A stretch of DNA of 64,000 nucleotides from Lama guanicoe (GCA_013239625.1 MU055362.1:7346634-7410633); one strand, 5' to 3'; numbered from the stretch's first letter, positions 37,161 through 51,110 are shown. Numbers and translations are program-made. Notes: a model not told the origin generated them from the letters alone.

Positions 37161-40100
37161 AAGAAGCTGAGGTTTTACTCAACAACAGCTGGAGAAGCAG
37201 GTGTGATTTTTGCTGGTCTCTCTGGGAGAGTAGCACCAGTGCCCCAAGATCGCGTGCTAAGTGCTCACTGGGATGACTGACATACCTGCCAGGCTGGGGT
37301 ACCCTGGGGAAGCTCACAATCTAGGTACCAGGCCCGATGCAGGGCAGGGAGCAGGAGACGGCCCAAGGCAAAAGCATCTTTACAAGCATGTTATTAACAA
37401 AGACACGTTCCCAGGTCCTGCCTTCGAAGATTCTGATCAGTACGCTGCGTAGGGAGAGGGCAGACCAGCAATCTCAACTTTCAACGAGGTAAGAGTTCCC
37501 TACCGGGAAAGCCTGGAGCATGACGACATAACACTTCATTCCAGAATCTCAGAGTAGGATCAACTCGGATGACTCTTCCAGGGAGGCCTCCAGGGGCCAG
37601 GACAGAGCCTGGAGCCCTCCCCAAGGTACTCCCGCCACCTCCCATCCCATGTCCGAGGACTCCCTCTCCTCCAAGGAGCGCCAAGCCCTTGGCCGAGACA
37701 ATGCAAGCTTCGCGCCCAGCCTCGTCGAGCTCAGGAGGCCTCGCTGGGCAGGCTGCACTTCTTTTGATTCCAGAAATGTTAGCCCAGCGCCCGGGCGATC
37801 GGCAGTAAGCTGGAACTCGAACCCAGGAATCCCGACGCCTACACATTCTCACCTCCAGCTCTGACAAAGGTCTCTTTGTTGGGGTTGGGTGTCTCCCGGA
37901 GGGCATGTTTCCCGCCCAGGACTGGGGGGAGGAGGCGAGGGTGGTGTGTGGAATGGAATCTATGCCACCGACGTGCATTTTCTGCTCGCCAGGTTGCCCA
38001 ATCCCATCACCCGAGGGCACGGGTGGGCAGCGCTTTCCCTGGGCTTGGCACGGGGCGTCCTGCAGGGAGTCAAGTCCCGCCCCAACCCAGGCCCCGCTGC
38101 TCTGAATCCAAGGCCTGACCGACAGGCCGCCCAAGTCTGCATCCTGCCCGTGCAACAGGGCTCCAAGGAACAACGGGGCTCTTGTTCAGACACGCTTTTG
38201 AGCCAGCGAGGTTACCCTCTAGAAATACTTCTACAGAAATACACAGGCCAGCCCATCCTGAGGTCTACACGCAGCCCAGCTTTCAGCACAATCCTCACCT
38301 CCGTGGCAATACATCCCCCTCTGTGGCCCCGGCAACCACCTCGGTCCTCCTTCCTGCCCGAGGTGAGGACTCCTCTGGAACCAGAGGCAGAATCCACAGG
38401 TTCACTAGCCTGAGGCCGGGAGGCAGAGAGGCCAGGTGATCACAGAAGGCCCAAGTTCTCCCTCACCGTCTTCACCAGGGAGATGGCTGCCCACACCACC
38501 TCTGCTCCAGATGTGATGCAGCCCTGGCTGCGGTGGGGTCGCAGCCTGACCCCTCTTGGCAATGAGAAAGATTGAACTTGTGGCTCTTCCCACCCTGGAG
38601 AGGGATTCCCTGCTTTCTGAACCACTGAGGAGCCTGGGGTCCATCCTCACCCCGTATACAGGATGTGCACCCCGCTAACAAGATCTCTGCAGCATCCCCA
38701 CTTCCCAGAGAGGGAAACTGAGGTCCCGGGGTGCTGAGAACAGCCGGGGGGGGGGGCATAGCTCTTGGATCCCCAACTTGGCATGTACTCTCTACCTGGC
38801 AAGAAGAATCCAAAACCTGAGATTCCTGAGGAAGGCCACCATGCTCACCTTGATGGGCAGTTACAGGAAGGCGAGAGGCCACTTTGAGCAATAAAAACAC
38901 AGGATTCAGACCCCTGCCAAAAAAACCTTAAATGGTCTCAAATTTAAAAGTCCACCTAACAGCACTGTTTTCCCCTTGCATCCAGCTTCATCCCTTTTGG
39001 TGCTTCGAACTATGCACACAGGGATGAGTAAGGAAACATTATTCCCATTTTCAAGGTGAGATACAGACTTGGAAACCTGAAAGAACAATAAGCACCTGAC
39101 GAGTTAATTTTTAACATCCGTTCAGATTGTGAGATTGTGTTATCTGCCCCCAAATTTAAGGGACTTGGATGTATGTAGGGCTGAGGGTAAGGTGGGAGGA
39201 AATGAATTTGACCCACCTGAACTGCTCTGATATTTCATAGGTGGAATTAAAAGTTACCCTTTGAGCAACAGGAAAAAAATAAATAAATCTACGTCTAATC
39301 TGAGTTACCCTGAGGATCTGCAGGACAACCACGAATCAAACACTCCAGTCCCCATTGCTGTGTGTCTGACTCCATGGAGAAATAACTGTTAGCCACACGC
39401 AGGAGTCTGGAGAGGCAGGCAATTGTCTTTATATTATTAACAGTAATGGAAACACGCTACCAGGAATAATCATTCCTGCATCATGCCAACCTGAACTTTC
39501 ATGTCACTCTATGAGCTGCTGGGCATCAAAGCCAACAAATTCACAGAAAAGCTCAGGAAAGGAAGGAGGGGGAAGAGAAGAAAGCGCAGCCTTCTGCCCA
39601 ACACCACACCCCCACCCCCCCCCCCCCCAAATCCATTAGAAAACATATTTCTAAATAAACCATGAGAAAGCCCGCATCTACAAAATATTTCACGGTGCTT
39701 GGTGAGGTGAAACCCCCAAAACATCATTTCAAAAAAGTGTTTAGACCTCAGTCTCACTGATTCATCTACCCCCACCCCAGTCCAAATTAAACGAAATGCT
39801 ATCACGCTGCTGTTTTAAAACAGTGTCCGAGAAGGTAGAAAAGGTTACCCACAGCCAGCAAGGACTGCCATCCTCACCATAGCAACGCGCCTATTTGTAA
39901 TATGGTCTACCTGCTTCAAAGGCTTGTACAAGACACTCAAGGCAAGTCTAGTGCTACATCCAAGCCCGAAGATGAGCCGGAAACTCTCATGAGCATGTCA
40001 ATGAAACACTTCCAATTACATTACATGCCACAATTATTAGCATTGACTATCATCTTTTTTTCCCTTTCTACTCAAGCAAAAGCAAAAGGGAAAATGAATT

Positions 40101-40519
40101 AAGCCAGTTTCCAGGACACAGTAGAAACCCAGCATGTGACTTTCCAAAGTGCTTTGGCTTTTTTTTTTTTTATTTTCATGGTTAAACCCAGGGGCAGAGA
40201 CAGGAAGAAGGGGTCGCGCAGGAGACCCACACTTGAGGTTGCAGAATCCTCACCAGGGCCAGGCACACAGCGGGGCAAGGTACCCTCGGGGTCCACCAGC
40301 AGAGCCTCGGCCACGCACGCCCAGATGGAGAAATTCCAGAGCCCAGGTTCAAATCTACACTGGACCATCGAGGGGAAAAGAGGCTTTCGTTTTAGAGGGA
40401 AACAAAGGTAATCACATCCAATTACTTGCAAAAGGATTCGACTTTGCCTTCAAGGTCCACATTAGAGTTTCCGAAGATGAGCCCAACTCTGCTCCCAAGG
40501 GCAGCCTCCCGTTTCCATG

Positions 40520-40715
40520 ACAGCAGGCCCAGCATCAGGCAAGGTCCAGGTTCAAACCCCAGTCCGGCCACTTCCTAGTGTATTTTGGGGAAGTCCCCTA
40601 ACTTTATTCAGTTTTCTCACCTATAAAATGGGGACATATAAAGTTGCTGTAAGCGTCCGGTTTAAAAATACATAGACTGTTCTAGAGAATGGCACAGAGC
40701 AAATGTTCAACAAAC
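40520..40715 (+). mobile_element. MIR relic
   Basis: 'ggttcaaaccccagtccggccacttcctag...cagttttctcacctataaaatgggg'. Confidence 0.7.
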
Positions 40716-41369
40716 AACATCTAGTCTTTTTTTCTTTTTGCTACTAATACTAAGGTTCTTTCTGGAGTGGTGACTGCTGGGTAACAAAGCCTCCTCCGTT
40801 CCCACACACAACAGAACCACAAGAATACCTCGAGAATGTGAGCGTTCGCCTCCCTTAACACACACTCCGAGGAATAATGCCCGTCCCACTTCACAGCCAG
40901 GAAAACTGAGGGTAGACTCACACGTGTACCAGTGATGACAATGCAAACACTCAAACCTGGGGGGCCAGGAGGAAGCTAAGGGTGAGAGGCTTTCTAGGAA
41001 CCATCAGTGGAAGGCAGCAGAGAGTGACCCACATTGTTTTCATCCAGTCAAATGGAAGAAAGATAAAAAGCACCCCTTGGACCAAGGTGAGTGGCAGAGA
41101 AGGCAGATGGACTCATAGTTGCAGACACTCTACTCCGCTGAGTGCTTTCTTTTCCCAATAGACTGCACATTCCTACAGAGCAGGGACTCTGTCATTGTAT
41201 CCAATTATCCCCAGAGCAAGAGACACACTGCAGACCCTAAATATATAACCTGTTTCTGCTGAATGCATTCGGGGCAGGGTGGGGGGGAGGCTACAGCTTC
41301 TTGTTATCTCTCCTAAAGTGTTTTTTTTATGGGGGAATGAAAAGCAAAAGACACAGTGTAATTTCATTG

Positions 41370-41535
41370 TGTTATCACAACAATGCTTTGAGGGATTTTT
41401 TCTTATGCCCATTTTACAGACAAGGAAACTGAGGTTTAGGGAAGCACTTGCTCAAAGTCATACAAAGTCACACGGCAGCAAAGCCAGGACTCAAAGGCGG
41501 GTCTGTCTGACTCTAGAGTCAAGCTCTTAACCACT
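41370..41535 (-). mobile_element. MIR relic
   Basis: 'cccattttacagacaaggaaactgagg...cttgctcaaagtcatacaa...tctgtctgactctagagtcaagctcttaaccac'. Confidence 0.8.
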
Positions 41536-42083
41536 TCGTTATTCTTGATTTCTCTTGATGTTTCACATGTAGAACAGTTCTTAGCTCGGGGGAGATGCCA
41601 ATAAATATTTTTTAAATGGAAACACAAAAGATGGGCAACTCAGATTACAGCTCCCAGGGCACAAAACCCTAAATCAACCACAGCTGAGAATGCTTCACCT
41701 CAGCCTTGCACAGTCACTGCAGATATTTGGGGAGGGGGATGCAGAGAACTCAACACATGTCTTCATCCACCGATCTCTGTAAGACAGCCCAGGAACACCA
41801 CCAGTGACATGAAACGGGCTGGATCTGCTCAGGTCCAGGGATTCAGTGATGTTGAACCAGAAATTCCAAACCAGGGGTCCAGCAACACCAAAGAAAAGGG
41901 AGCAGGAGGTCAGGGCGGCACCCACCTGGGCGGAGTTCTCAAACATGACACCTTCTCAAAATCTTCCTAGGGACGAAGGGAGGGACGTGGAAAATGCCCT
42001 GATGCATCCTCTTAACCAGAGCCTGAGCACTTCTCCACCAGAGAGAAACACAGTGCAACAACAGTGACTTCGAAGTGTGCAGG

Positions 42084-42303
42084 NNNNNNNNNNNNNNNNN
42101 NNNNNNNNNNNNNNNNNNNNNNNNNNNNNNNNNNNNNNNNNNNNNNNNNNNNNNNNNNNNNNNNNNNNNNNNNNNNNNNNNNNNNNNNNNNNNNNNNNNN
42201 NNNNNNNNNNNNNNNNNNNNNNNNNNNNNNNNNNNNNNNNNNNNNNNNNNNNNNNNNNNNNNNNNNNNNNNNNNNNNNNNNNNNNNNNNNNNNNNNNNNN
42301 NNN
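42084..42303. other. Assembly gap (N run)
   Basis: Ns in the sequence. Confidence 1.
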
Positions 42304-42712
42304 AATCAACTTACTGCTTCTTTTAGGAACTAATCAGTTCTTGGGTAAGTGGGTGCCAAGCCTGCACTCTCAGAGCGAAACTAGCTCGAAGAAAGGAAGA
42401 AAGGCAAGAGAGGAAGAAAGATCCCCAGAAACACTGACTCACTCCCCAGCAAGCTCAAAACCAAGACATTTTCACTTTGCTTTCTGCAAGGCATGCATCT
42501 CCCGCTCCAGAAACTGCAATAGCTTGACCAGAGCCTCAGCACCAAGCAAGAGGAAGCCACCGACAATATTTCTTCAAAAAAAAAAGGGGGGGGACCACAG
42601 AATTACCCAGAAAATATTCCCCACTACTTTTTTATTCCCGCATCTTTGAAGATCACACTGTCCCCTTTATCTTTGCTCCTGGGTGCCTTTGATTTGAATA
42701 TAGGAACCCCAA

Positions 42713-42977
42713 NNNNNNNNNNNNNNNNNNNNNNNNNNNNNNNNNNNNNNNNNNNNNNNNNNNNNNNNNNNNNNNNNNNNNNNNNNNNNNNNNNNNNNNN
42801 NNNNNNNNNNNNNNNNNNNNNNNNNNNNNNNNNNNNNNNNNNNNNNNNNNNNNNNNNNNNNNNNNNNNNNNNNNNNNNNNNNNNNNNNNNNNNNNNNNNN
42901 NNNNNNNNNNNNNNNNNNNNNNNNNNNNNNNNNNNNNNNNNNNNNNNNNNNNNNNNNNNNNNNNNNNNNNNNNNNNN
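42713..42977. other. Assembly gap (N run)
   Basis: Ns in the sequence. Confidence 1.
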
Positions 42978-43179
42978 CTAAACTCTACCGGCTAACAGGC
43001 GGCCCTCCCAACTTCCAACAGCATTTTTTGGAAAGAGATTTCATGCCTCCATCCCAAAGTGAAGGTGGGCATTCACCTCGATGGGACCCCACCCACAGCC
43101 GCAGCCCGGGAGGCTCCAACACAGCGCCTCTGCTTTGGAAAAAAGCAGGGCTGCCAGGCCTCTTGCTCCTCAACAATGA

Positions 43180-43351
43180 NNNNNNNNNNNNNNNNNNNNN
43201 NNNNNNNNNNNNNNNNNNNNNNNNNNNNNNNNNNNNNNNNNNNNNNNNNNNNNNNNNNNNNNNNNNNNNNNNNNNNNNNNNNNNNNNNNNNNNNNNNNNN
43301 NNNNNNNNNNNNNNNNNNNNNNNNNNNNNNNNNNNNNNNNNNNNNNNNNNN
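43180..43351. other. Assembly gap (N run)
   Basis: Ns in the sequence. Confidence 1.
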
Positions 43352-43692
43352 AAAGAAATCAATGTATGTGTTCACGTATGTGTTGGGGGGAGGGAAATAA
43401 CTAAAACAGGAGTAAAAACCTGAGCAGCAAATGGACCTGTTTCCTGGTATGAAAGGCTCCTGAAGTCGATTTCAAAGTCCTATTTTGATATCTATCTGAT
43501 CGAGTAGAATATAGTTCATCTCTCCACGCCTCTGAGAAGCAGAAGAAATTTAACCAGAAAAGATAGCATGAAAATCAACATGATGTCTGTCCACTTGCCT
43601 TTATTAGTAGTAAAACGGACCATGTACCTCAGCAACAGTTAGAACCTGACAGGACAACAGTTATCATTCCCCTTTAAATGAGAGTAATCACT

Positions 43693-43819
43693 GGGGGAGG
43701 GTATAGCTCAGTGGAAGAGTGCTGGCTTAGCATGCACAAGGTCCTGGGTTCAATCCCCAGGACTTCCATTAAATAAATAAGTATAAAACAAACCTAATCA
43801 CCCACCTTCTAAAAAAAAA
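43693..43819 (+). mobile_element. Camelid vic-1-like SINE
   Basis: GGGGGAGGGTATAGCTCAGTGGAAGAGTGCTGGCTTAGCATGCACAAGGTCCTGGGTTCAATCCCCAG; degenerate TSD agtaatcact / agtagccact. Confidence 0.92.
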
Positions 43820-46800
43820 GTAGCCACTCCTGCTCTGTACCCAGCACTGGCCATTGGGTTGGGGCTACATGTATGTTATCCTATTTAATTCTCTGAGATA
43901 GGTTTTATCTTCATTTTATAGACAAAAGTGAGACTCAGGGAGGTTCCAAAACTGGTCAAGGCCCCACACGCAATAAATGGGTGTGACTTGAGACCCCAGC
44001 TCTTATCCATCATCCTAGAACACTTCCTTTTTACAGCAAAAGTGTTTAAGTCCAGAGAAAACAGCACGTGCACAGCTTTTCACCACTGCATGCATCCCGT
44101 GGCGGCATTTCACAGATCAGCAAACTGAGTCTCAGAGAAGAAAGCCCTTCACAGCCAGACCATGATGCGGCGGACTGCGCCACATTCTGAGCTCCCGGGC
44201 CCCCATCTCTAATTATGAAGCTTCCTCCTCGCCTTTAATTAATTCTTCCCCACTGCCATACCCAAAGACCAAGTCCTCCCCAGAGAAAAATGCCTCATCT
44301 CACCAAGTGCTGCCTGGGGAAACAGTTTTATGATTGGTGTTAATTTGCAGGAGGGGAGAGGGGGGATAGGAAGGAGGCAAAACTATTAGATGAAGTAAAT
44401 TAAGACATTTCTGAGAGATATGGAATAAATCATCACATAGAGGGACTGACCGATTAAAAAGTACAGCACTGCTCTTGATAAAAGCTATTCCAACAGCCAG
44501 GATGCTGAGACAGAACGAACCAGGACGGAAAGAGGCAGGCACCTTCCGCAGCCTAAGGCCACTGACCAGCTACAAAGGTCTGGCCAATGCCAACAAAAAT
44601 ACCATACCTTTCTGATGAACAAAGCCTGCTAAATACAAGTCCTTTATTTTTTTAAAGGGAGGTGGGTGGAATCACACTCATCTATTGTTTTATACCTCCT
44701 GAAGCCAAAAAGAGGGGAGTGAGGATAAAAAAAAATTAAAAGGTCCATTGACTGTTTTCTGATTTCTCATATTTCATTCTGTCTTCTTTCATTTTGGCCT
44801 CTGAAAACCTAAGGAAAGGTAGCCATAAAAATAGACAAATCTCCAAGCACCATGTGTGAATTCGGCCTACGGTGAAGGAGGGAGGTCTGAACTGGACCTT
44901 CTGGAACCAGGAAGTGTTAGAGAAACAATGGCTGCTGTCAAGTCAACGGGGAGAATCAATGTCATTTCTTAACCTCCGCTGAGAATAAATCATCCCAGAC
45001 AAGCTCCTCCCACATCACTGTTATCCAAGTTGAAGTGTGAACAGGCCTGAGTCTGGTGTCCACTAACTGATTCTTGCCCAGGAAAAAGTCACAGGAAAGT
45101 GCCAGCGAGGGGACCTGTGTTGTGGGCACAGATTCAGCTGCAGAGACGCCACCCCTCCTCCCATGCGTGCTACAACCCAGGGCCCCAGAGCGATTGGCTT
45201 TCAATCACAGGTTCTGAAAGTCTCTGGTCCCCGGTAACCCACCAGGGTCGCTTTTCCTTGAGGCCAAAGTGGAGGAGCAGGGGGCTGTTACACGCTTATT
45301 ACAAATTCAGACAAACAATAGCCTGACCACAGCAGCCCCAGGAAACTCCCTCGTAAAGAAAGAAGTAAGTGTTATTAGGTTCGCAAGCCAGGAGCCAGCC
45401 CTCTGCCTTTCAAGAACTGAAAAGGGATGCCTTTTAAAATCTATCCTTTTTAATGAAGTTCGGAGCCACAGAAGTTTGACCAAAGGAGAGAGCAGACCCT
45501 ACAACTAGAAGGCCACCAATTCCTGTCTTGCTGTCACTAATTTCATGCCCATCAGAAGCTGAATAATTCTGAGTCCAGTACCCCGATGGCTTTTTTTGTC
45601 TGCCCTCCCAGGGGAGATAAATTATGTCACAGCCCAGACCCTTCTACCCTAACGGTCTCCAAAAGGTACTCTGGCCTCCTGATTCGACCTACTCTCCTAC
45701 AGGAGAAATAACTCAAAACCGGATTTTTCTGGCAGGGGGAAAAGAAAAAACACAAAAAGGTATGCAACACAATACATCACCAACTTGTCAACTTGGCAAG
45801 GGGATAACAACACTGTTTTCAGGGTGACCAGCTGTCCCAGTCTGCCTGGGGCCCATGGGTTTCCTGGGACACCCGATGGGTAACAGTAACAACACCATTA
45901 AACCTTTCTTGTGCACGGGGCACTGGGCTAACCCCTCTCACAGAGTCTCACCAAAAGCCACCCAGCAACAAGTCCACTTACTAAACCCATTTTCCACAGA
46001 TGAGAAAACGGAGGCACAGAGCCATTAAGCCATGAGCTCGACTTTTTCAGCTCGATGTAGAAAACAACCCCCCCCCCAAAAAAGTGATGGAAGTGAAATT
46101 CTGGGAAAAAGGAAAGTTCATACTTTCTGGGAAATTTTGACCTGGAAACTCATTAATGAGGAAAATATATATATATTTCCTGCCAGAGGAGATGAGAGGA
46201 AAGCCAAGGGGACTGGGAGAAATACAGAGAACAGGAAGATCAATCACAAGTTGGTCTAGATGTTTCCAAAATAGTCCAGAGAGGCGTTACATAACTAACA
46301 CAGAAAGACAGAGAAGAAACCCCAGGTGGGGATGTGACTGCAGCAAATCCAGGCTGGGAACAGTGCTCTGCAGCCACTTGCCCGGGAACCTGGGCCCCAG
46401 GCTCCAACCTCAAAGTTCCTTGGGAAAGCATCCCGGGGCTCCCCTTCCTCAGACTCCCATGGTGGTACCAGGTCCCTCCAGTTCCCCAGCAGCCAAATTC
46501 ACGAGCTGTGATGGCAACTGGAAACCACAAACCATGAACGGAACCAGAAGTCGGCCGAAAGATAAAAATCCTCTCTCACGGCAAAAGCAACGATAACAGA
46601 ACCACGGAGGCTGAAATCAAAACCATATCTGCTTTGCATGAGGCGTGTGGTTTTGTGTGTGTGCTTTCTACGTGTCAGCTCATCCGTTCCTGTCACATGC
46701 AAGTCACTGTCGGGCTCCTTTCACTGCTATGCAAAACCAGGGGCCTGGAGAGGAGCATTTTGGCCAAAAATTTCAATAAGTGTGGAGAAGGAAACACCAA

Positions 46801-46840
46801 ACAGCTCTCAACTTATTACTATTAAATAAACAGTTGAGGA

Positions 46841-46995
46841 GGAGAGGGTACAGCTCAGTGGTAAAGTGCAATGCTTAGCATGCATGGTCCTGTGTTCAAT
46901 CCCCAGTATCTCCATTAGATAAATAAACAAAAATCTAAAAATAAATAAACCTAATTACCTCACCCCACAAAAAAGTGAAAAAAAAAAAAAAAAGA
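46841..46995 (+). mobile_element. Camelid vic-1-like SINE with long A tail
   Basis: GGAGAGGGTACAGCTCAGTGGTAAAG...GTTCAATCCCCAGTATCTCC; TSD aaacagttgaggag (from 46828) / aaacagttggggag (from 47000). Confidence 0.92.
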
Positions 46996-48017
46996 AAGCA
47001 AACAGTTGGGGAGGCAGGGACACCCAACCCAACTACAAAAACAACGATATTGGTGCTTTTCCTAAACTCTCCTAAAATGACAAAATCATGGCAGGAGTAG
47101 CAGGCTGGTAGGGGAATGATAAGCACATTCGGAGTTATTTCTGATGAAGATAAACTGGCAAACTTAAGCCAACAGAAAAGTTAACCCAAACAAAATACAG
47201 CTTCTTTTTGGTTGCCCTTTTTTGGCGGGGAGGAGGGGGACCCTCTTCCAAGGAAAGAGGGTCTACCGCGTGATCGAAGCCTTTTCCTCCAGACTTCAGG
47301 CCCTGGGTGTCAATTCTTCAGTCTTCAGACACAAGGGGCTTCACACATCAGGTCTTCAGTGGGGAGAATTCATCAACTGCTTTCACTCACCGTTGTGAAA
47401 CATGTGACAAGTGACAAGTTTTTTTAAGAAAACACAAAACAAATTTAGGTGCACAAAGCATGCTGGTGGTTTGGTAAACATGTTCTTTTTAGTTTAAGGG
47501 CATTCTTGAACCTTCCTGTAAGTTCTCTTTCACTAAAAATGTCTGCCTACATTGGGTCATTAAGGTTTTTTTTCAGTTAACAGGAAAACTCTTGGCTTCT
47601 TTGGTAATGATTAAGAAAATGTTGCTGGATTCCAGAATAAAAACTAAGTGACTGAAGACCAGGAGGAGGGAAGAAGGGAGGTTTACTTTCAAGGATAAGA
47701 ATCAAATTCAGAACTCAGACTCCCAGAACATCTCCCGAGTTGTCTTATAGATTCCACATATCAATTAAGCCCTTATCTAGAACTTAATACCATGAGGAAG
47801 CTAATTTTTTAAATTCTACAGAAAATAATTTATCTTAAGCTAAAGAGTTGCTATTATATCACTATTTCATTTCTGTATCATATTTTAAGTATTCCTAGGT
47901 CTTTGACTGTATATTTACATCTGAGGAGCCACTCAAAAGGACAAAAATTCCTCTTTGCACAGGACTGTAAGATTTCAGCTCTAACAACCAGAAAATGACA
48001 AATTAATCAAGAAAGCA

Positions 48018-48126
48018 AGGCGGTAGAGTGCAAGCTTAGCATTCAGGAGGTCCTGGATTCAATCCTCAGTACTTTCATGAATGAATGAATATTATCCCCT
48101 CCCCCTCAAAAAAAAACCCCAGAAAA
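48018..48126 (+). mobile_element. 5'-truncated camelid vic-1-like SINE
   Basis: GCGGTAGAGTGCAAGCTTAGCATTCAGGAGGTCCTGGATTCAATCCTCAGTAC; TSD aagaaagca at 48009-48017 and 48127-48135. Confidence 0.85.
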
Positions 48127-49880
48127 AAGAAAGCACCCCTCCAAGGCCCCTGGAAAGACCCACCCCTACCATGAACCAGCCATTCTATCCACAAAGTAGA
48201 TGCTTTTCTTTAAGAGTCTGTTTTCCAATCTCCACCTCCCCACCTCCATTCACTGCCTGCTCAATTCACATTGTCTACACCCCACCCTCAGGAGTGTAAA
48301 TCTGACAACAGCTTTCGAGCCAAAATCAGAGCCCCTAAAACTCAAGGACTGCAAAGGGTGCTCCCTCTTTCGGTGCAAAGATCTTCACATTCGGAAGCAC
48401 ATCTCAGTGTTTCTTCTAAATTAATTTAGTTGCATTACTTGTTCCGAAATGATTAGCAGGTCTACCAACAAGCAGGTCAACCTGAGGGCTTTATGTGCTG
48501 GCAGGTTTTGGTGGAGATGGTAGGTTAAATATTTCAAAGTATTTTGCCTAGATTCTACTGTTGAACTAGTTTAGAATACTCAGACTGCCAGAATTCAGTT
48601 GAACTGTAACTATAAAATCTCCATTTTTCATTATCATCCCCTGATGGGTGCTTCAACAGAGTTGAAAGTTGGAGAAAGCCAGAAAGTAAAATCCTAACAA
48701 ATGCGCCTCTGGGAGCAAAGAGTTGTGTGGAATGGACACTAAATGTACACTGTGACTCCATACAATGAACTGCACCCCAATTACAGAAAAAAAGACTCTG
48801 AAGGCTTTAACCTTCATTTACACCAGCGCTCCCAATAGTTAGATTTATGGGCCGGGGCGTGGCGGGGAAGAGGGCACAGCCATGAATTTCTTGGCGGCCC
48901 ACTGCCAAGCTCCTTGTACATGCCAGTCTTTGCAACGCTCCTCTCAACAAGCCAAGTGTCCAAGTCCTGTCCACTCCACAATAGAAAAGAAACCCCCAAA
49001 CCAAAAGAGAAACACCAACCAATCACAATTCAATGGGAGACTCCAGCCACTCCTCCCAACACAAAAGGAAGCCAGAGTCTAAAATATCCTGGGCTGAGAC
49101 AACACTGAGGGGGGGGGGGGCAGCGGTTGCCAGGCAGGCAGAAAACAAAATCATAAACTCATCAATTCAGGGATAAAATCATAAAATTCCCAGGAATGCG
49201 AACAACTCAGTGAATCTAGGCTACGAGGTCCTTATAGACCCTAATTAAGTCTGAGTTGTAGAAACACCAGGATTCAGCACTGAAAGTCACTTCTCTGAAG
49301 GTGCATGCTTTCACTCCCCTCATCACCATATATTGAGCACCTACTACACGCAAAGCTAGGCCACCGCTCAGTAGCTATTTTTTAAAAAATCGAAAATTTT
49401 AAATAGATTAAGACCTTCCAAACTCTTCCAAATGTGCCTAACATATAAACTTCAGAATAATAACCGCTTTCCAGTAGAGAATCAAATGCTCCAAATTATC
49501 AATTTAAATTTAGCCATCCCTTTTCTCTCTCTCTGTCTTAAATCATCATTAAGCAAACAGAAAGAGCATTTTCTAGGCCTCCTACTACAAGGCTTGGAAA
49601 ATCCCATAAGGATATTAGGGGTCTGAAAGTACAGAAGAGGAACCCCAAATTTCCTTTATTATTTTGGACTGTCAATAGCATTTAGGCAAAACACCTCCTC
49701 TCATTTCTGCTCCATATGTTTTCCTTACTGGTTCATTTACACGGCGCTGCTCTCCCAACAGCAGTCAGTACATCGTTTTGTCATTTCTGCCTTTCCCCGC
49801 CATTAGGGCAGGCTGCAGAGACGACACCCCAGCTGCCTCCCGGAGTGGCCAGCAGCATCAGCGCATCCCTTCCCTCCAAG

Positions 49881-50196
49881 NNNNNNNNNNNNNNNNNNNN
49901 NNNNNNNNNNNNNNNNNNNNNNNNNNNNNNNNNNNNNNNNNNNNNNNNNNNNNNNNNNNNNNNNNNNNNNNNNNNNNNNNNNNNNNNNNNNNNNNNNNNN
50001 NNNNNNNNNNNNNNNNNNNNNNNNNNNNNNNNNNNNNNNNNNNNNNNNNNNNNNNNNNNNNNNNNNNNNNNNNNNNNNNNNNNNNNNNNNNNNNNNNNNN
50101 NNNNNNNNNNNNNNNNNNNNNNNNNNNNNNNNNNNNNNNNNNNNNNNNNNNNNNNNNNNNNNNNNNNNNNNNNNNNNNNNNNNNNNNNNNNNNNNN
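49881..50196. other. Assembly gap (N run)
   Basis: Ns in the sequence. Confidence 1.
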
Positions 50197-50989
50197 CAGT
50201 CCGTGCGCTCTCTTCCTCAAGATGAATTGTCTTCACAATTCTTCAATTTCAATCATCGACAATGTTTACTGAATCAACTTAAAAACTATTGACACAAGAC
50301 TATCTTCCCTACGGAGCAACCTCACTACAGGCCTGGTGAAAAGAATCCTCCAGGCCCCCCAGGATGGGCTTACACACGTCCATTTTCATGCCTTGGATAA
50401 CTTCTGATTTTCAGCCAACCTTCTTGATTCTGGTGCCTCACCTCACCCTCAAACTTCAGGGAGGCACAAGGTTTAGGAATAAGAAGGAATGAGTTTGTTT
50501 GTATAGGCTCATCCATCCACAAGTATGAAAACATTTGTTTTCATTTTTGTTTTTTTGGAAGTCCCCTGCAGGAATGAATGACAAATTCTCGAGATCTGAG
50601 AAAATGTTAAGACCCAATGCGTAACACTACTTGTCGTTAAAAAAAAAAAAAAAAGCTGATATTGCTTTTAAAAACCAACTAACCTCCAAGCATCTTGAAA
50701 GCTAGAAGACAATCACATAAATATAAACCAGTCCAACCACGGTTATGCACTGAGCAACGCCACAGTCACTGAGACAGGGTGCAAATTCATGCACTGAAGG
50801 GGAACTGAAATCAAAATATGAGATACCCGGGAAAGAACATTAAGTTGACATAGGGACTGAAGGTCCATCTCAGATTATTTGGTTGAGTACCAAAAAATAT
50901 ATTCATTGGCCTCTCATGTTATGAAAGAGACTGTTAAGAGAAATATGCAAACTTAGGTACTCTGTTCCCTCTCTGCCCACAGTCTGTAT

Positions 50990-51110
50990 TATTTAAACAC
51001 ATTCACACCCTTTGTTGAGCACCTACTATGTCCCAGGCATTCCTACACGGCACTCTAAGGATACCAAGATGAGGCACAACCTCAAAAGAGCTTATATTCT
51101 CATCAAATGG
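50990..51110. mobile_element. L2 3' end relic
   Basis: 'tttgttgagcacctactatgtcccaggca' is the L2 3' hallmark. Confidence 0.65.

Noticed and set aside
37481-38173. 230-aa minus-strand ORF and overlapping ORFs
   Set aside because: No recognisable domain. Stop codons are depleted in several frames because of high GC, and one end runs into a repeat-like relic.
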